From assembly GCA_963805045.1 (NCBI GenBank), contig CAWDTC010000019.1:8249-72248 (forward strand): a stretch of DNA of 64,000 nucleotides, written 5' to 3'. Source of the DNA: Candidatus Aminicenantes bacterium. GTDB lineage: Bacteria > Acidobacteriota > Aminicenantia > Aminicenantales > Saccharicenantaceae. The stretch's first letter is position 1. Each line of letters opens with the position of its first letter. The translations under genes and the position numbers were made by a program. The notes beneath the pieces are model-generated. The model was not told the DNA's origin and made no database searches. It saw only the letters and a program-made list of their open reading frames with translations. This document shows positions 62,741-64,000 of this stretch, piece after piece.

Positions 62741-62769
62741 TTGTTTCGACGATGGTCCCCGCGTATAAT
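62741..62769 (+). promoter_or_regulatory. Putative sigma-70 promoter of the M16 peptidase gene
   Basis: TTGTTT (62741-62746), a 17-nt spacer, then TATAAT (62764-62769). The RBS TAGGAGG lies before the ATG at 62800. Confidence 0.45.
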
Positions 62770-62799
62770 GGGCCTTCCGACCCTTTAGGAGGTGACGGC

Positions 62800-64000
62800 A
62801 TGAGAAAGCGGATCGCCCTGGCTCTGCTCGTCCTGGCTGCCTGCGCCGCCTCGCTCTCGGCGGCGTTCCGGAAGGAGGACGTCAAGGTCCAGCAGCTCTC
62901 GAACGGGCTCAAGGTCCTCCTTGTCGAGGACCACAACATCCCCAACATCGCCCTCTACACGTTCTTCCGCGTCGGCTCGCGGAACGAGCGGACCGGCCTG
63001 ACCGGCGTCTCGCACTTCTGCGAGCACATGATGTTCAACGGCACGGCCAAGGTCGGGCCCGGCGAATTCGACCGGCGCATGGAGTTTCGCGGCGGGTCGA
63101 ACAACGCCTATACGGCCGACGACATGACCGTCTACACGGACTGGTTCCCGGCCGCCGCCCTCGAGGCCATGATCGAGATGGAGGCCGACCGGATGCAGGG
63201 CCTGGCCTTCGTGCCGGACGTCCTCGAGTCCGAGCGGGGCGTCGTCGCTTCCGAGCGCCGGATGTCCGTCGACAACAACAACGACGGGATCCTCAACGAG
63301 AGCGTCCGGGCCACGGCCATCATGGCCCACCCCTATCATTGGGACGTCATCGGCTGGATGAGCGACATCCTGAGCTGGCGCCGGGACGAGATCATGGCCT
63401 ATTACCATACGTATTACGCGCCGAACAACGCCGTCCTGGTCATCGTCGGCGACCTCGACCCGGCCAAGACCTTCGAGCTCGTCAAGAAATACTATGAGCC
63501 GGTCAAGGCCTCGCCGCCCCCTCCCCCGGTCGCGACGACCGAGCCGCCGCAGTTGGGCCCCAAGACCGTCCTCATCCGCAAGGAGGCCCAGGCGCCGTCC
63601 TACATGGCCGTCTGGCACGCCCCGAACGCCAAGGACGTGGACTTCCTGCCCCTCTCGATCCTGGCCAAACCCCTCCTCGAGGGCGAGAGCAGCCGCCTCT
63701 ACCGCCGCCTCGTCAGGGAGGAGCAGCTGGCCATCCAGGTCGGCGGGGGGGCGCAGGAGACGATCGACCCCTTCCTCTTCACGATCGAGGTCAAGCCCCG
63801 GCCCGGCGCCGACCTCGACAGGATCGACCGGATCGATCGAGGAGGAGCTGACCAAGATCAAGGCCGAGGGGATCACGCCGAGGGAATTCGAGAAGGCCAT
63901 GAACGGCGTCCGCAGCGATTTCTACATGGGCCTCCAGACGATCTCCGGCAAGGCCAACCAGCTCGGGACCTACGAGCTCCTCTACGGCGATTTCGGCAAG
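62800..64000 (+). CDS. M16 family (pitrilysin/insulinase-like) zinc peptidase, 3' end outside the window (frame change near 63835)
   Basis: The protein reads MRKRIALALLVLAACAASLSA (signal), then LSNGLKVLLVEDHNIPNIALYTFFRVGSRNERTGLTGVSHFCEHMMFNGT with the inverted zinc motif HxxEH, then ...ESERGVVASE.... After ...DRIDRI the sequence continues in the next frame as EEELTKIKAEGITPREFEKAMNGVRSDFYMGLQTISGKANQLGTYELLYGDFGK. It is not in the ORF track because it runs off the window. Confidence 0.85.
   Translation, partial: MRKRIALALLVLAACAASLSAAFRKEDVKVQQLSNGLKVLLVEDHNIPNIALYTFFRVGSRNERTGLTGVSHFCEHMMFNGTAKVGPGEFDRRMEFRGGSNNAYTADDMTVYTDWFPAAALEAMIEMEADRMQGLAFVPDVLESERGVVASERRMSVDNNNDGILNESVRATAIMAHPYHWDVIGWMSDILSWRRDEIMAYYHTYYAPNNAVLVIVGDLDPAKTFELVKKYYEPVKASPPPPPVATTEPPQLGPKTVLIRKEAQAPSYMAVWHAPNAKDVDFLPLSILAKPLLEGESSRLYRRLVREEQLAIQVGGGAQETIDPFLFTIEVKPRPGADLDRIDRIDRGGADQDQGRGDHAEGIREGHERRPQRFLHGPPDDLRQGQPARDLRAPLRRFRQ

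Overview
This is a high-GC chromosomal segment (roughly two-thirds G+C by eye) from a diderm bacterium. I support about 55 protein genes. I found no rRNA, tRNA, CRISPR array, transposase or integrase.

Gene content, in order:
- mutS (partial) and pgsA.
- A ~12-kb minus-strand string of abutting or overlapping genes: hslV, hslU, FN3 lipoprotein, FAH hydrolase, transaldolase, tamB, bamA, SurA-like chaperone, fabD.
- A nucleotidyltransferase and a GH2 beta-galactosidase.
- A zinc-ribbon Ser/Thr kinase with a LMW phosphotyrosine phosphatase.
- An AI-2E transporter.
- A dense set of acyl-CoA/acyl-phosphate to ATP genes: ackA, sucCD, pta, buk, ptb.
- A 10-Asp-box BNR/sortilin-like propeller, a DUF45 peptidase, a TM protein with a WD40 protein, and an S9 (DPP-IV-like) peptidase.
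- A ~2.3-kb low-GC island carrying a YtrA-type GntR/ABC operon.
- An MFS transporter with a ROK kinase, and a DUF481 outer-membrane protein.
- A rubredoxin-FTR-like protein with a thioredoxin.
- An E1alpha-E1beta-E2 2-oxoacid dehydrogenase operon.
- A GH20-nagB-DMT-GH51 glycan operon.
- A stand-alone mitochondrial/spd-type EF-G, translationally coupled to a RecA/KaiC-like ATPase.
- HAD, DUF3943, YXWGXW-repeat and M16 peptidase genes.

Non-coding highlights:
- Three families of palindromic intergenic elements. One family has five copies, a covarying stem and invariant internal loops. One of those copies carries a nested 199-bp palindromic insert.
- A near-consensus sigma-54 promoter.
- Many textbook TTGACA-N16-18-TAnnnT promoters.

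Major caveat: the homology-supported reading frame jumps by one base at roughly 70-80 places. These jumps are strongly clustered, at about 1 per 100 bp in fusA and in part of lacZ, and zero across several multi-kb stretches. Most genes below were therefore reconstructed across ORF-track fragments, and end coordinates may be off by a few bases. All homology calls come from motif recognition by eye, not from database searches.
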